A DNA stretch of 64,000 bases from Octopus sinensis (GCF_006345805.1 NC_043005.1:92876001-92940000), one strand, 5' to 3'; counted from the stretch's first letter, positions 13,975-26,787 are shown. Notes: a model not told the origin generated them from the letters alone. Translations and numbers: made by a program.

Positions 13975-14345
13975 TGGCGGCGCAATAGCCCAGTGGTTAG
14001 GGCAGCAGATTCATGGTCGGAGGATCGTGGTTTCAATTCCCAGACCGGGCGTTTTGTGTGTTTATTGAGCGAAAACACCTAAAGCTCCACGAGGCTCCAG
14101 CAGGGGGTGGTGGCGACCCCTGTTGTACTCTTTCGCTCCAACTTTCTCTCACTCTTTCTTCCTGCTTCTTGTCCCCAACTTCCTATGCAACCGCTGAGCC
14201 TGGATGCACATTCATCCATCCATCGATGCTCTCGGTGTCAGGAGTTGACCTGCTGTATCTTCTGTGGGTCTTACGAATAGCAAAGGACCATGTTTCGGAC
14301 TTCTCCCACTACAGACATGAGATGAAGACCGCTTCACTCAACAAA
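13975..14345 (+). mobile_element. tRNA-derived SINE, family C, 3' variant 1
   Basis: tRNA-like head ggcgcaatagcccagtggttagggcagcag...gtttcaattcccagacc; (AAAC)n tail; first ~190 bp shared with 62521-62903. Confidence 0.85.
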
Positions 14346-14371
14346 CAAACAAACAAATCATCACCAACAAA

Positions 14372-14403
<32 letters not shown>

Positions 14404-14481
14404 TCAGGCTTCATATGCTTCCTAGTTAGACTATCCTCTGATGTCATAATTTACTCAACGTGGGGTATTCAGTTACCTACA

Positions 14482-14588
14482 CTTCAGGCCGAAAACACCT
14501 TAATTATATAAAGGCTACCTTTTCGTTAAGGAGTTCCAAGTTAATGACAATGCAACCTTCATATAATTAAGGTGTCTTTGGCCTGAGG
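14482..14588. repeat. 33-bp imperfect inverted repeat (foldback or MITE-like)
   Basis: cttcaggccgaaaacaccttaattatataaagg (14482-14514) vs ccttcatataattaaggtgtctttggcctgagg (14556-14588), 4 mismatches, 41-nt spacer. Confidence 0.8.
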
Positions 14589-14864
14589 AATAGTCAGCTG
14601 AGTTCTCTTAATTGATTTGCTAGCTAGGAAACATACGTACCCTGGATTTTACCTGCTCCACTCCCTTAATTTGGATTTTTATTTGCATTCGTAATGACTT
14701 GAGTTTCATACTATGAGCTATAAAAGTTTTTTTTCAAGTTACTGAACTTTGATATGGGAGAAACCTACAAAACCCTCAATAATAAATTACGTTCCTAAAC
14801 ATTGTTTTTGATACGTATCCCAGACTGTGCAAGGCTTACAAACTTCCTACACTTAGATTCTTGA

Positions 14865-14907
<43 letters not shown>

Positions 14908-17269
14908 GGGTTTAGCAACAAGTTGCTTCACCACATACCAACAATTTAGAAATAGCAGCCAAAAGACCACTATTTCTTTTTCCTACAAAATATGTCTCCA
15001 CAGATAACAATATTTGTAACTCACATAGGTAAAAAGAAGAAAAATAATGAAATCAAACAGTCTTTGATTAATTATGGATGCGTTTCTGGATTAGAATTAT
15101 AAAAATTCATTTCCTTTGTCAGCATAATATAAGAAATAGATAAATGGTGAGAAGATGTAATTCAGGGTAAAGCTATGTTCAGTGGAAAAGGGATAATATT
15201 GAGAATGTGGGATGTATAAAAACAGGAAAGACATTTCCTATTAGAAATTCTTCAGACAGAACCAAAATAATATTTTGATTCTCTGTCTAAGGAGTTTCTT
15301 ATAGACGTCTTACTAGTTTTTTGTCTACCCCTTTGTAACTCCCATTAGGTCATGCTTTCAGTGTTTTCTTTTGTTTTCATATATTCTTACATCCATTTCT
15401 CTATGGTAACATGGGTTAGATGAATAAATTGCAGCATTCTTTTACTGCCAGATATAATTCCTGTCACTAACCTTTACATGTTTTCAGGTAAGGTGCCTCA
15501 TATTCTGCACATCTTTAAAAGTGCTGATCCAGCAGACATTTTGTTGATAGTAGAAAAGACAGCAATCCCATCACTTGTAGCTCAACAATGTTTAGAGAAG
15601 CATAAATGTAAACAAACGTTTAGATGCACACACATATATACACAAACACTCATATATATCATATATTCTAATTATGTAAATAAACTTTTATCACATCTAT
15701 TGCTTTTATGTTTCAAACTAGTCTAAAAAGTTGACTGTTAAGAGTAATATGAAAAATATAATTATTTTTTACTGTCTCTCTCGTTACCATTCTAAATGCA
15801 GTTGTATCTAGAGTTAAGAGTTAGGACAAATTCTTTTAAAAGGAAAATGCAATTTAAACCTTGTTGATCTTGGTAATTCCAGTTTAAATGTCAAATGGGG
15901 TTGTTTGGGTCAAGGACAGAGAAAGGCTTTCTCAGCTACGATTTAAGTTTAGTTTTGCTTCAGTTTCTTATGTGACATAAGAAAGGGGCATGATGACACG
16001 AGGTTCATTGATGGAGGCAGTTATGGAGTATTAGATAAACTTAAATCACAGACACACACACACGCGCGTGCACACACACACACACACGCATACACACACA
16101 CACACACACACTCACATACACACAAACGAAAAGAAAAAAAAAAGACATGTCATTAGATAAGAAAATCAACACTCTGATGGAAAGATGATGCCATATGGCA
16201 GGAAGTTCCTAGCTATATCAAGAAAAAAAAAAAAAAAAAATTAGAAGATAATGAAAAATAAAAGAGAAAATGTACCACAGTAGCATTTCAAACCAAGTTT
16301 TTCTTTTTCGAAACAAAAAGACAAAAAAGAGAAGGAAAGATACTGTTAGTAATATGTCCATTTTTGTTGTTAGAATGTTATAAAAAACTGATAAGAAGCA
16401 ATTTTAAGCAGACATATGAGTGGTCTTTATTAAAAGTATTGCTAAGGCCTCACCATATTTACCACGTAATACAAGACACAAACTTCATTTTATGTCCGTT
16501 ATATTATGTAAGGAAATGAAAAAGAAATGTGCTCGCAATCAGAGCTGTTGTAATCCTTCACTTACCATATTTCTATTGAAATACACTGCATGGCTTTCAA
16601 TTAATTCTGAAAATTATGAAGAAATTAGTAAAATGATTGTTATGGTAATGCTGGCATTTAGAATGTAAATTAACTTGCAATTTTCATGGGATGTCATAAT
16701 TTACCTGACTTTGCATCAAAGAACCTGGGACAGTCTTGGATGAGATGGTGTCAAAAGGAGTCACAGCTTTATCAAACTCTAAGTAAAGCAATGTCTTGGA
16801 GCTTTTGCATAAACCATCAGAGTAGAGATTAGTTTTGGGTCCTGTAAACACTTAGGAACGTCAAGCAACTGCCCAGTCTTTAAGATGGCATTGATGATGA
16901 TGATGATCATCATCATCAGTCATAATCAGTCATCATCAGTCATCATCAATCATCATCATCATCATCATCAATCATTGTCATTATCGTCGTCATCATCATC
17001 ATCATCATCAATCATTGTCATTATCGTCGTCATCATCATCATCATCATCAACATCTACTTTTCCATGCTTCTGCCTCATATGTGATAGATTTAATCATGC
17101 ATTGTTGGTCAAGTGGAGCGGCTCCAGAGTCATGACAGTTACAACTGGACTTAGGTTTTTGATGCTGACCATGTGTAATGATACTCATCATATTGAGGTA
17201 GCAGCTATATGATCATTTCACAGTACGCCCATTGAATATTTTCCTGTATCTGTGAGTTACTGGAAAGTT

Positions 17270-17900
17270 ACTGCAGCCCTAAATAATAATACAACAGGTA
17301 AGAAGACTTATGTTGGATTATGTGAAGGTGAATTTCAAAATCGCTAGGCCAATCACATATCCTCCTGCTGACATAAGGAGAAAAGCAAAGCTACTAAGTT
17401 GGCTGGCAACCTATGGAGTTTGAAAGATAACAAAACACATGTGATTAAGTGGGAAATAATTGAGAAATCCATACCTCTTGTGAATGGATCAAATAAATGT
17501 AGGCTTTGTTTAGCTGAAAGAATGCAGATCCTGTTCAGTTCTAAGATCCCTAACTCTCTATTGAACTCTAGGTCTGAAATTTTCAGTGGTTGCAAGCATA
17601 TGTATAAATATATTTTGAAGGATTGGAAAATTCCCCCTATTCCTGATTAACTTGTTGATATCTTTCCAGCTTTATAATTTGAGGTCTAAGGAGGATAACG
17701 TTTTTACCTTTTTTACTTTTTTACATTTTCATTTTCTGTTTTTTTAACCTTCCATGTTTTTTATATGCTGCCTTCTCAGTTTTTTCACATTTCTTCTCTT
17801 ACTCAATTTTTTAGTTCACTATTATATGTGGTTTGTGCCTGAAGAATATGTTTGAGATATTTCTCAACATATGAAACTATTAGTAACACATGTATTGCAT
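17270..17900 (+). mobile_element. Penelope-like element (Naiad-like), GIY-YIG 3' fragment plus terminal repeat
   Basis: KKTYVGLCEGEF...WEIIEKS...CRLCLAE...LLNSRSEIFSGCKH; internal stops; followed by a T-rich UTR and a hammerhead motif. Confidence 0.88.
17834..17890 (+). ncRNA. Type I hammerhead ribozyme motif at the 3' end of the Naiad-like element
   Basis: TGTGc-CTGAAGA-ATATGtTTGAGA tatt TCTCAACATAT-GAAA-CTattAG-TA/-aCACA: intact core, 11-bp stem II with one bulge, short stem III, 4-bp stem I with a C.A mismatch next to the core. Confidence 0.75.
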
Positions 17901-17904
17901 CCTT

Positions 17905-18920
17905 TAAATTAATAATATTATATATTGATGACATCCTTATCATCACGTCCTCCAGGATGAGGCCATTAATAAGTTTCAATAACACCGATATACACATCAA
18001 ATTCGAGATTGAACATCCAGACAAATCCGCAACCCTCTCTCTACTCGACTTTCAACTCATGAACACAAAGGAAGATTCCATATTTACCAAATTCTACAGA
18101 AAAGCTGCTAATAGAAAACTTTGTATCCACTACCAATCAGCCTTACCCACCAGAACCAAAGCCGCATTTGTGAGAAATGAGATTGCACATATAAACAACA
18201 ATTGCAGCAACATGCCCAACAAAGCTGTCAATGCCAAACAGTTCTTCAGAGACCTAACCTGAATGGCTACCCACCATCTTTAGCTAAACAACGGTGCCTA
18301 AAGAACATCAAGGTCAATAAACCCCAGAAGAACCATCATACTCCCAAGTGCTTCCTAAAGCTACCACACTTTGACGACAGAACTACTACAGCAATACAAC
18401 ACGCAGTCCACAGGGAAGGACTCGACACACAGATAGTACACACCGGCCCTTCCCTGAGAAAAGCCCTGTCCAAGAACAACACCTCTCACTTCTCCGAGGA
18501 GTACACATTGTCGAACTGCCACCCATCAATGACCTTGAATTGTGCTAGAGGACCTATGTTGTATATGAGATCATCTGTGGCAAATGTGGCACATCCTACA
18601 TCGGAAGCACAACAAGAAAACTGCATACACGCATTAAGGAACACATGCAGGCAGACACTTCCATGAAGAAACACTTCCGGAAATGCCAGACCCAGGAATT
18701 CACAGTGCACATCAAGGCAACAGAGCGGAACAGGGGTAACTTTAGAGTCTCTGAGGCCATCCTCATACACCAAAAGAAACCCAAGATCAACACCAGAAGA
18801 GAGTTGCAGGAAGCTGTGCATGTCCACTCCATACATGCTCACATGCATGCATATTGGCAACATTCGCCTATTTCTTGAAAGTGGGGTCATAACCTCGAAA
18901 TATCGAATACAAGGTAAGTC
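17905..18920 (+). mobile_element. Penelope/Poseidon-like element, RT C-terminus + GIY-YIG, frameshifted
   Basis: YIDDILII, LSLLDF, FYRK...HYQSALP, LNGYP, LKLPHF; shifted frame gives VVYEIICGKCGTSYIGSTTRKLHTRIKEH and SEAILI...PKINTR. Confidence 0.9.
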
Positions 18921-19103
18921 TACGTTAATTCACATATCTATTTTCTTGTGATTTGCTTTGCATTTATTTCACATTGTTTTGGCTCTTTTAGTTTTTTAAT
19001 GTTATATTATATTCATATTATATTATGTTATATTTAAAAAAAAAATAAATATTGGATTGTCAATTGAATCTCTGTAATTTATTGTTTATATATATACATA
19101 TAT

Positions 19104-19150
<47 letters not shown>

Positions 19151-19159
19151 ATATTATTA

Positions 19160-19460
19160 TATAGAAGGAGCTTCTACAGGACTAGAACTGTTTCATTCAA
19201 GAGAAATCTTCAGGAAGCTAGTTAACAAGAATTGTATTGGCATTTATACATTTAGGCAGGTTTAAAGGGGTGTTGGTGGGGGACTTTTTGGGGGTAGGCA
19301 TAGCGCAAAATATCATACTTGGAGGAGTGGTCAAGGAGTCAGTGTTAAATTAGATAGAAGAATAAATAAAAAAAAAAAAATATATAAAAAAATATATAAA
19401 AATATATATAAAAAAAGGGAATAGAGTTTTAGGTAAATAAGGAGATTCTCACTTATACCT
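19160..19460 (-). mobile_element. Penelope-like terminal repeat (pLTR) fragment
   Basis: C-rich UTR on the minus strand similar in character to 23320-23400, followed by a hammerhead motif and gaagctccttctatataataa. Confidence 0.6.
19169..19219 (-). ncRNA. Type I hammerhead ribozyme motif
   Basis: Minus strand AGCUUC-CUGAAGA-U UUC ucuu GAA U-GAAA-CAG uucuaguc CUG-UA/-GAAGCU: perfect 6-bp stem I, intact core, 3-bp stem III, GUA cleavage triplet. Confidence 0.8.
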
Positions 19461-20313
19461 ATGCACATATGTATACATATATACACACACATACAAACAT
19501 ATATACATATACATACACACATACGTACACACACACATATATACATATATATACACTTACACATACATATACATATCTACACATACACATATATGTATAC
19601 ATACACACACTCACATGCATACACGTATACACACATGTATATATACACACACGACCACACATACATATACACACAGAAAAAATATATAACACATACACAC
19701 ACATACTCACATACACGCATACACACACATATCCACACACACATATGCACACACAGCACACTAGTCCCTATATACACATATATACACATACACACACATA
19801 TACACACACATACATATACATATATATATATTATATTATATATATATATACACATATGTGTACCTATGCATACCTACACATACACACATATATATACACA
19901 TACAAATACAGACCCATTCCCTAATTTTAATTTTATTATCTTCATTTATTACTTTTGTTATCTTTGATCGCTGGTCACAAACATCTTGGCTATGACAGCC
20001 AGTCCATTTATCTGTCTACTGGAAAACAAGCACTCATTTACTCACGCACACTCTTTAGCACGTACACTCACTCATTCGTACACTCATACACATACACGCA
20101 CGCACGCGTTATATTCATACATACATACATACATACATTCACGTATATACACATACGTACGCGTACCTACAGATTCATGTCTACACTCTTAGAAGGCTAG
20201 TCTATACATATACACCAATAAATATAAATACACACACATACATATACACCTACAAATACATACATGTATATATATATATACATATACATACATATCCACA
20301 TATATATACATAC

Positions 20314-20344
<31 letters not shown>

Positions 20345-20586
20345 CATATACATACATATACACATACATATATATATATATACTATACACACACATACAC
20401 ATACATACATATACACACATACACATACATACATACAAAGATACATACATCCATACATCCATACATAATACATTTATTATACACATACACACACCCACAC
20501 GTATACATATACGTACATATATATACGCGCATGCATACACATACAAATACATACACATACGCATATACATATACATACATACACAT

Positions 20587-20626
<40 letters not shown>

Positions 20627-20983
20627 ACACACACATACATATACATACATATACAAATATACGCACACACATACATACATACTCATATACACATACACGC
20701 ACATACACATGTACATGCGTACCCATACACACACACACACGCGCATCCATATATACACATAAGTACACACATGCGTAAAAGTATACATATATCTATGCTT
20801 ACACATACACACACACACACGTGCCTCCTTATATTCATACTTACATGCATACTCAAAAAATAAGTAAATAGTAAAATATATACGCGCAGTTATTCATACA
20901 TGCATACTCAAAAAATAAAATAAATATTAAGTATATGTACGTGCAGTTACCTATTATATAGACGGATACATACATATAAACTT

Positions 20984-21038
<55 letters not shown>

Positions 21039-21278
21039 TATATTATATATATATATACATATATACACACATATAATACATATACATATATACACATATA
21101 TATACCACACACATATACACATATATATATATATATACATACTTACACACATGTACAAATACATACACACATAGATAACTCTACGTACCTACATATACAT
21201 AAACACACGAGCGTACACGTATATGTACATATACACATACACACGCATATATATACATACATACATACACATACACAC

Positions 21279-21364
<86 letters not shown>

Positions 21365-21756
21365 TATACATGTGTGCAAACATACATACATACTCATACA
21401 CGCACACACACTTACATATACATATATACACACACTTACACACATATATATACATACACATATACATACATACATACATACATATATGCATACATACACA
21501 CACACATATATATATATATACATACATACACATACACATACCTATACATATATATACACACATATATACACATGCACATACTTATATCTCTACATACTCG
21601 CATATACATATATATATATATAATATATATATGTAGGTCCCGGGTGATTCGGGGTTAACCACAGTAAATAAGGTACTCAATACATAGTAGAGTTAAATTA
21701 GTTTATTAATTTATTATATAGAAGGAGCTTCTATATAAGCTCCTTCTATATAATAA

Positions 21757-21787
<31 letters not shown>

Positions 21788-22021
21788 ATATACACACACA
21801 TACATATACCTATATACATGTATATATACACACACATATATATACGCATCTACAATTTGTATCTACACTCACATACATGCACATACACATAACTCTACAT
21901 ACCTACATATACATCGACATACTCGCGTACACTCATATATATACACATATATACATATACACACACACATACATATACATATACATATATATATATATAA
22001 ATATATACATAATACACATAT

Positions 22022-22055
<34 letters not shown>

Positions 22056-22418
22056 GTATACACGCACACACACTTACATATACATATATACACACACTTA
22101 CACACATATATATACATACACATATACATACATACATACATACATATATGCATACATACACACACACATATATATATATATACATACATACACATACACA
22201 TACCTATACATATATATACACACATATATACACATGCACATACTTATATCTCTACATACTCGCATATACATATATATATATATATATATATATGTAGGTC
22301 CCGGGTTGATTCGGGGTTAACCACAGTAAATAAGGTACTCAATACATAGTAGAGTATAATTAGTTTATTAATTTATTATATAGAAGGAGCTTCTATATAA
22401 GCTCCTTCTATATAATAA

Positions 22419-22467
<49 letters not shown>

Positions 22468-22688
22468 TACATATACCTATATACATGTATATATACACAC
22501 ACATATATATACGCATCTACAGTTTGTATCTACACTCACATACATGCACATACACATAACTCTACATACCTACATATACATCGACATACTCGCGTACACT
22601 CATATATATACACATATATACATATACACACACACATACATATACATATACATATATATATATATAAATATATACATAATACACATAT

Positions 22689-22722
<34 letters not shown>

Positions 22723-22732
22723 GTATACACAC

Positions 22733-22781
<49 letters not shown>

Positions 22782-23149
22782 CATACATACACACATACAT
22801 ACATGTACATATACATATACATACACATATATACACACACATACATATATCAACAATTGAGGGTAAAGTTAATTAGTTATTAATCAATTTCACCAAGTAT
22901 TCAGTATGTAAAAGGACCATTATTTTTTTGAGTAAATAATGTCTGAGGGAAAATATTCTCTAAGTAGTGGAAGAGGCTAAAAAACTTTTTTGGCTGCTAT
23001 TTCTAGAAAGTTCAATGTGTGGCAAAGTAATTTATTTTACTAAGCCCTAATTATATAATATTTTATACATACATACACATACATACACACATACATATAC
23101 ACATACATATGCATACACACATATATACACATATACATATATACATATA

Positions 23150-23180
<31 letters not shown>

Positions 23181-23320
23181 GCACATACATATATATATAT
23201 ATATTTTTTTTTTATATACACACACACACACACACACATAATACATGCATATATTCCTACTATACCCATACATTTCTATACATATATACGATACACATAT
23301 ACAAGCGTGCACATACAATA
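19460..23320. repeat. ~3.9-kb compound (CA)/(TA)/(TACA) microsatellite field
   Basis: Directly visible; source of all [12 protein letters not shown] ORFs here. Confidence 0.97.
21399..22730. repeat. Near-identical ~661-bp tandem duplication
   Basis: Unique anchor gtaggtcccgg at 21633 and 22294; cacgcacacacacttac at 21399 and 22061; only a few differences. Confidence 0.9.
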
Positions 23321-24660
23321 TTTGAAAGGTCTTAGGAGAAAAGGTAATCGGGGGTGCTAGGGGAACGGTGGGATTGGGGGGGTTTTGTGGGTGGGGTGTC
23401 ATCAATCTGGTTGCCGGGTAGGTCTATAGTTCTTGTAGTTCGCATACTTCTTATGCATGCAATTTGGGGAGTGTTCTGAGATTTTGTTAAGGTGAGGGCC
23501 TTTGGCGAACAAGATCTCTAGGCTCTCCGATATGCAGAGGTCACAGCAGGTATGGCCTCCTGTGTACAAGCGCGCCTTCTGTAGTAGTTTCCACTTGGTC
23601 TTGAAGGGGATGGAGTTCCTTTTAAGGTACCAGATGTGGGCGGCGAGGGTAGTTTGGTTGGATTTATCCTGTCGCCGGAACGAGTGTGTGTGTGCGTACC
23701 AACGGGTCTTAAAGCTGTTTGACGTCATTCCGATGTAGGATTTTCTTTTATCGTCAGGGCCTGATCTTACCTCGCATGTATATACTAGGTCCCTCTGTAG
23801 GCAGTTGTTGTTGAGGGGGCAGGTGGTTTTATCAGGGCAGTTGCAATTGCTATCGGACGTGGATGGGCCTCGGAAAAAGTAGATATGTTAAGTTTTTTCA
23901 CATTGTTGTTGGCTAGGTTCCTGGCTAGATTGGGCGTGGTAGAGTAGGAGAGTCTAATAGTGTTCTTATTTAGGATAGTGTAGTACTTATGTTGGGTGGG
24001 GAAGTGTTTCTGTAGGAGAGTGAAGAAGATTTTAGCTACAGGTGTAGCGACCTCACGGTTGAAGGGGGTTTGTACCAGCTAATGTGTCTTCGTCTATTTT
24101 TCCTGGGTTGGCATGGGGCTATACTAGTATAGGTAATCTTATCTTTAAAGCCACTGCGGGCCAGGGCCTCGTTGTAATAGGGGGCTGCGGCCTTAAAGAT
24201 ATCTTCCGTGGCGGACAGGCTAGAAATTCTAATTGAGACACTTTTTACTAGGTTATCTAATATATTTTTGGGGTGGTTGGAATTAATATCTATATATCTA
24301 AGGGATTCATTTGGTTTGTGGTACAGGTAATAAAGTGAGGTTTTTAAGTCGAGGGTGACATCAAGGAAGTTAGCTTTTGTTAAGTTGGGTTCTAAGGTAA
24401 TCCTAAGGCCTAAGTTTTTAAAGAAGGTGTAAAGATTTTTCCGGAACCCATCCGTGGTCCTGGGGTTTATTTTGTGGAGGGCGAAAAGGCCGTCATCGCG
24501 GTAAAGACCACCGGAGAGGCCTGTGAATAGGGTTTTCAGCCTATGGAGGATGAAAAGGCCCACTAGGTCACTTATTTCAGCAGAGTCGGGTGCAGAAAAT
24601 TCAACAAAACCTGTTACTCTGAGTTTCCCGTTGCCGTTCATCGGACAGTTTTTGCTAGAA
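23320..24660 (-). mobile_element. Penelope-like element (Naiad-like), RT + GIY-YIG, frameshifted
   Basis: GLYRDDGL, NFLDVTLDL, YIDINSNHP, CNCPDKTTCPLNNNC linker, VYTCEV...SYIGMTSNSFKTRWYAH, CDLCISE, LNKISE...CMH. Confidence 0.93.
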
Positions 24661-24677
24661 AAAAAAATATATATATG

Positions 24678-24763
<86 letters not shown>

Positions 24764-24799
24764 ATGTGCTTTATTCAGTTCCCATCTCGATATTCCATT

Positions 24800-24905
24800 G
24801 TCAAAGTTTTGGTCATCCTAAGGTCTTAGTAGAAGATATTTGCACAAAGTGTTGTGCAGGGATACTGAACCTGAAACCACATGGTTTGGAAGTGAACTTC
24901 TCAAC
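24800..24905 (-). mobile_element. SINE family B head fragment (diverged)
   Basis: Reverse complement resembles accacatggtttcaggttcagt...gcaaatatcttctactaagacc. Confidence 0.6.
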
Positions 24906-25801
24906 AATATTATCATGCTTGTACCCAGTGAGTATAGTATTGTAGTTTAAGAGATTAATGTATTCTCAATTTTGGAGAAGTTAAATAAACACAGTTTGGA
25001 AAAAGGAAACATAAACCTGCATTGTTTTAATCCTTAAACTCATGAGAAAACGTTTAATGATTAAAATAAAATGTAAATCCAGAGATAATCTGGTTGATCT
25101 GTGCCAAAGTAGTGATGGAAAATCCACAAAGTATCAGGAATTAAAACAAAACAATTTCATTGGGAACAGAAGAAAAATTGAACAACATTTTGGACAGTGG
25201 CTCTTTGTGAGGAAAAGTAAAAATGATAAAAAATAAAAAAAAATTTATGTTCCTGTTTCTTCCATACAATGTAATAATATACTTTGTACTTTCCTTTGTT
25301 GTTTTTCTTGAAACTTGTGGAATAAAAGAAATGATCTGATTAAACTAATCTGTTAAGAAATTAGAAACAAAATCTGTTGATACATTAGTACCCTTTTTTC
25401 AATTCCATTTTTTTCCCTATTTAACTTCTATGTCAAACTTGCAGTTTTCTCAGGTCAGTCTATACTTCAACCATTTCTCTCTTGTCTACTTCACTCTCCA
25501 TAACTAATAAGCACATGGTTAAGGCATTCGCTAACCCAGTTCTCACCATTATTTCTCCACAGTGAAAACACTTGATTATTTTCTAGTATAAGCTGCTGCA
25601 CTTGATATTTGTAATTCCTAAATATATTTTAAGTTGAGATCTCACAACTTAGTTTATCCTTTGAGCTCATGTTGCCTAGCCAGCATACCATTCACAACTA
25701 ATTTCGTTCAAGCTACACAGAAAACTACTTGCACTGCTCAAATTTCAGTGTTATAATAAATAAAGAAATATATATATATATATACATACACACACACACA
25801 C

Positions 25802-25908
<107 letters not shown>

Positions 25909-26489
25909 CATATAACTTTATACTAGAAAAATTCTTTTGATGTCTTGAAAAATTTTTTTTAAAAATAACTCTCATAATTAGTAAGCTCCTACAGATTCTG
26001 TCTTACCCCAGTTTCGTAAATTATCCAGGATTTTATCGTATTCCTCCTTAGTGAAAGTCATTCATGTATTCATGGTTTTATTTTGTCTTTCTTTGTGGGT
26101 TTCATTCACCCAGTAATTGATCAGGAAAACTTCACTGAGGCTAAAATCAGATAAACAAAACTATTTATAAAATTTTCCTTCCAAGTTAACATTTAGAACG
26201 ATATTAAATAATTAAATCAACCATTTTGTAGCATAAAGATTTCCTTCAAGAAATTTTAAATGCAGTGCCTCACCAACTCCCAAAATCCCCTTTTCTTCAA
26301 ATTTTGCTATTTAAAAAAAAACGTATTCAATGTGAATGACATGAGACAAAGAGGCTGGTTATTGCAGAAAGTGGAAATCAAATCTTATTATTCTGTTGTT
26401 TACTCAGAAAAACAACATTCACTTGGTTTAGTCTTCATAGTGAAAACAGAATTCTGAATGAAATAACTAACAGGCAAATGAGTCGTTAC

Positions 26490-26640
26490 CTGTTTGTGTG
26501 GTCAAGAAGGTTGCTTTGTATCTAAGTGGTTTTGGGTTGAGTCCCACGACACAGTACCTTGGGTACATTTTTCTATAGCCTCAGATCAACTAATGCTTTG
26601 CAAGTGAATTTGGTAGGCAAACATCAAGAGGAAGCTCATT
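26490..26640 (+). mobile_element. SINE family B head fragment (diverged)
   Basis: gtgtggtcaagaaggttgct...gggttgagtccc...cttgggtacattttctatagcc...aatgctttgcaagtgaatttggtaggc. Confidence 0.65.
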
Positions 26641-26691
26641 GTGTGTGTATGTATGTATGTGTGTGTGTGTATGTATGTGTGTTTGTATGTA

Positions 26692-26775
<84 letters not shown>

Positions 26776-26787
26776 CATATACATATA

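Noticed and set aside
13975-14050. tRNA-like sequence (also 62830-62903, 40370-40456, 60172-60240)
   Set aside because: These are SINE heads continuing into repeat bodies; no complete cloverleaf with a terminator was seen
23402-24641. Possible selenocysteine-coding Naiad
   Set aside because: Conserved Cys positions here are ordinary Cys codons; the TGA in the 17.3-kb fragment falls at a non-Cys position and looks like decay
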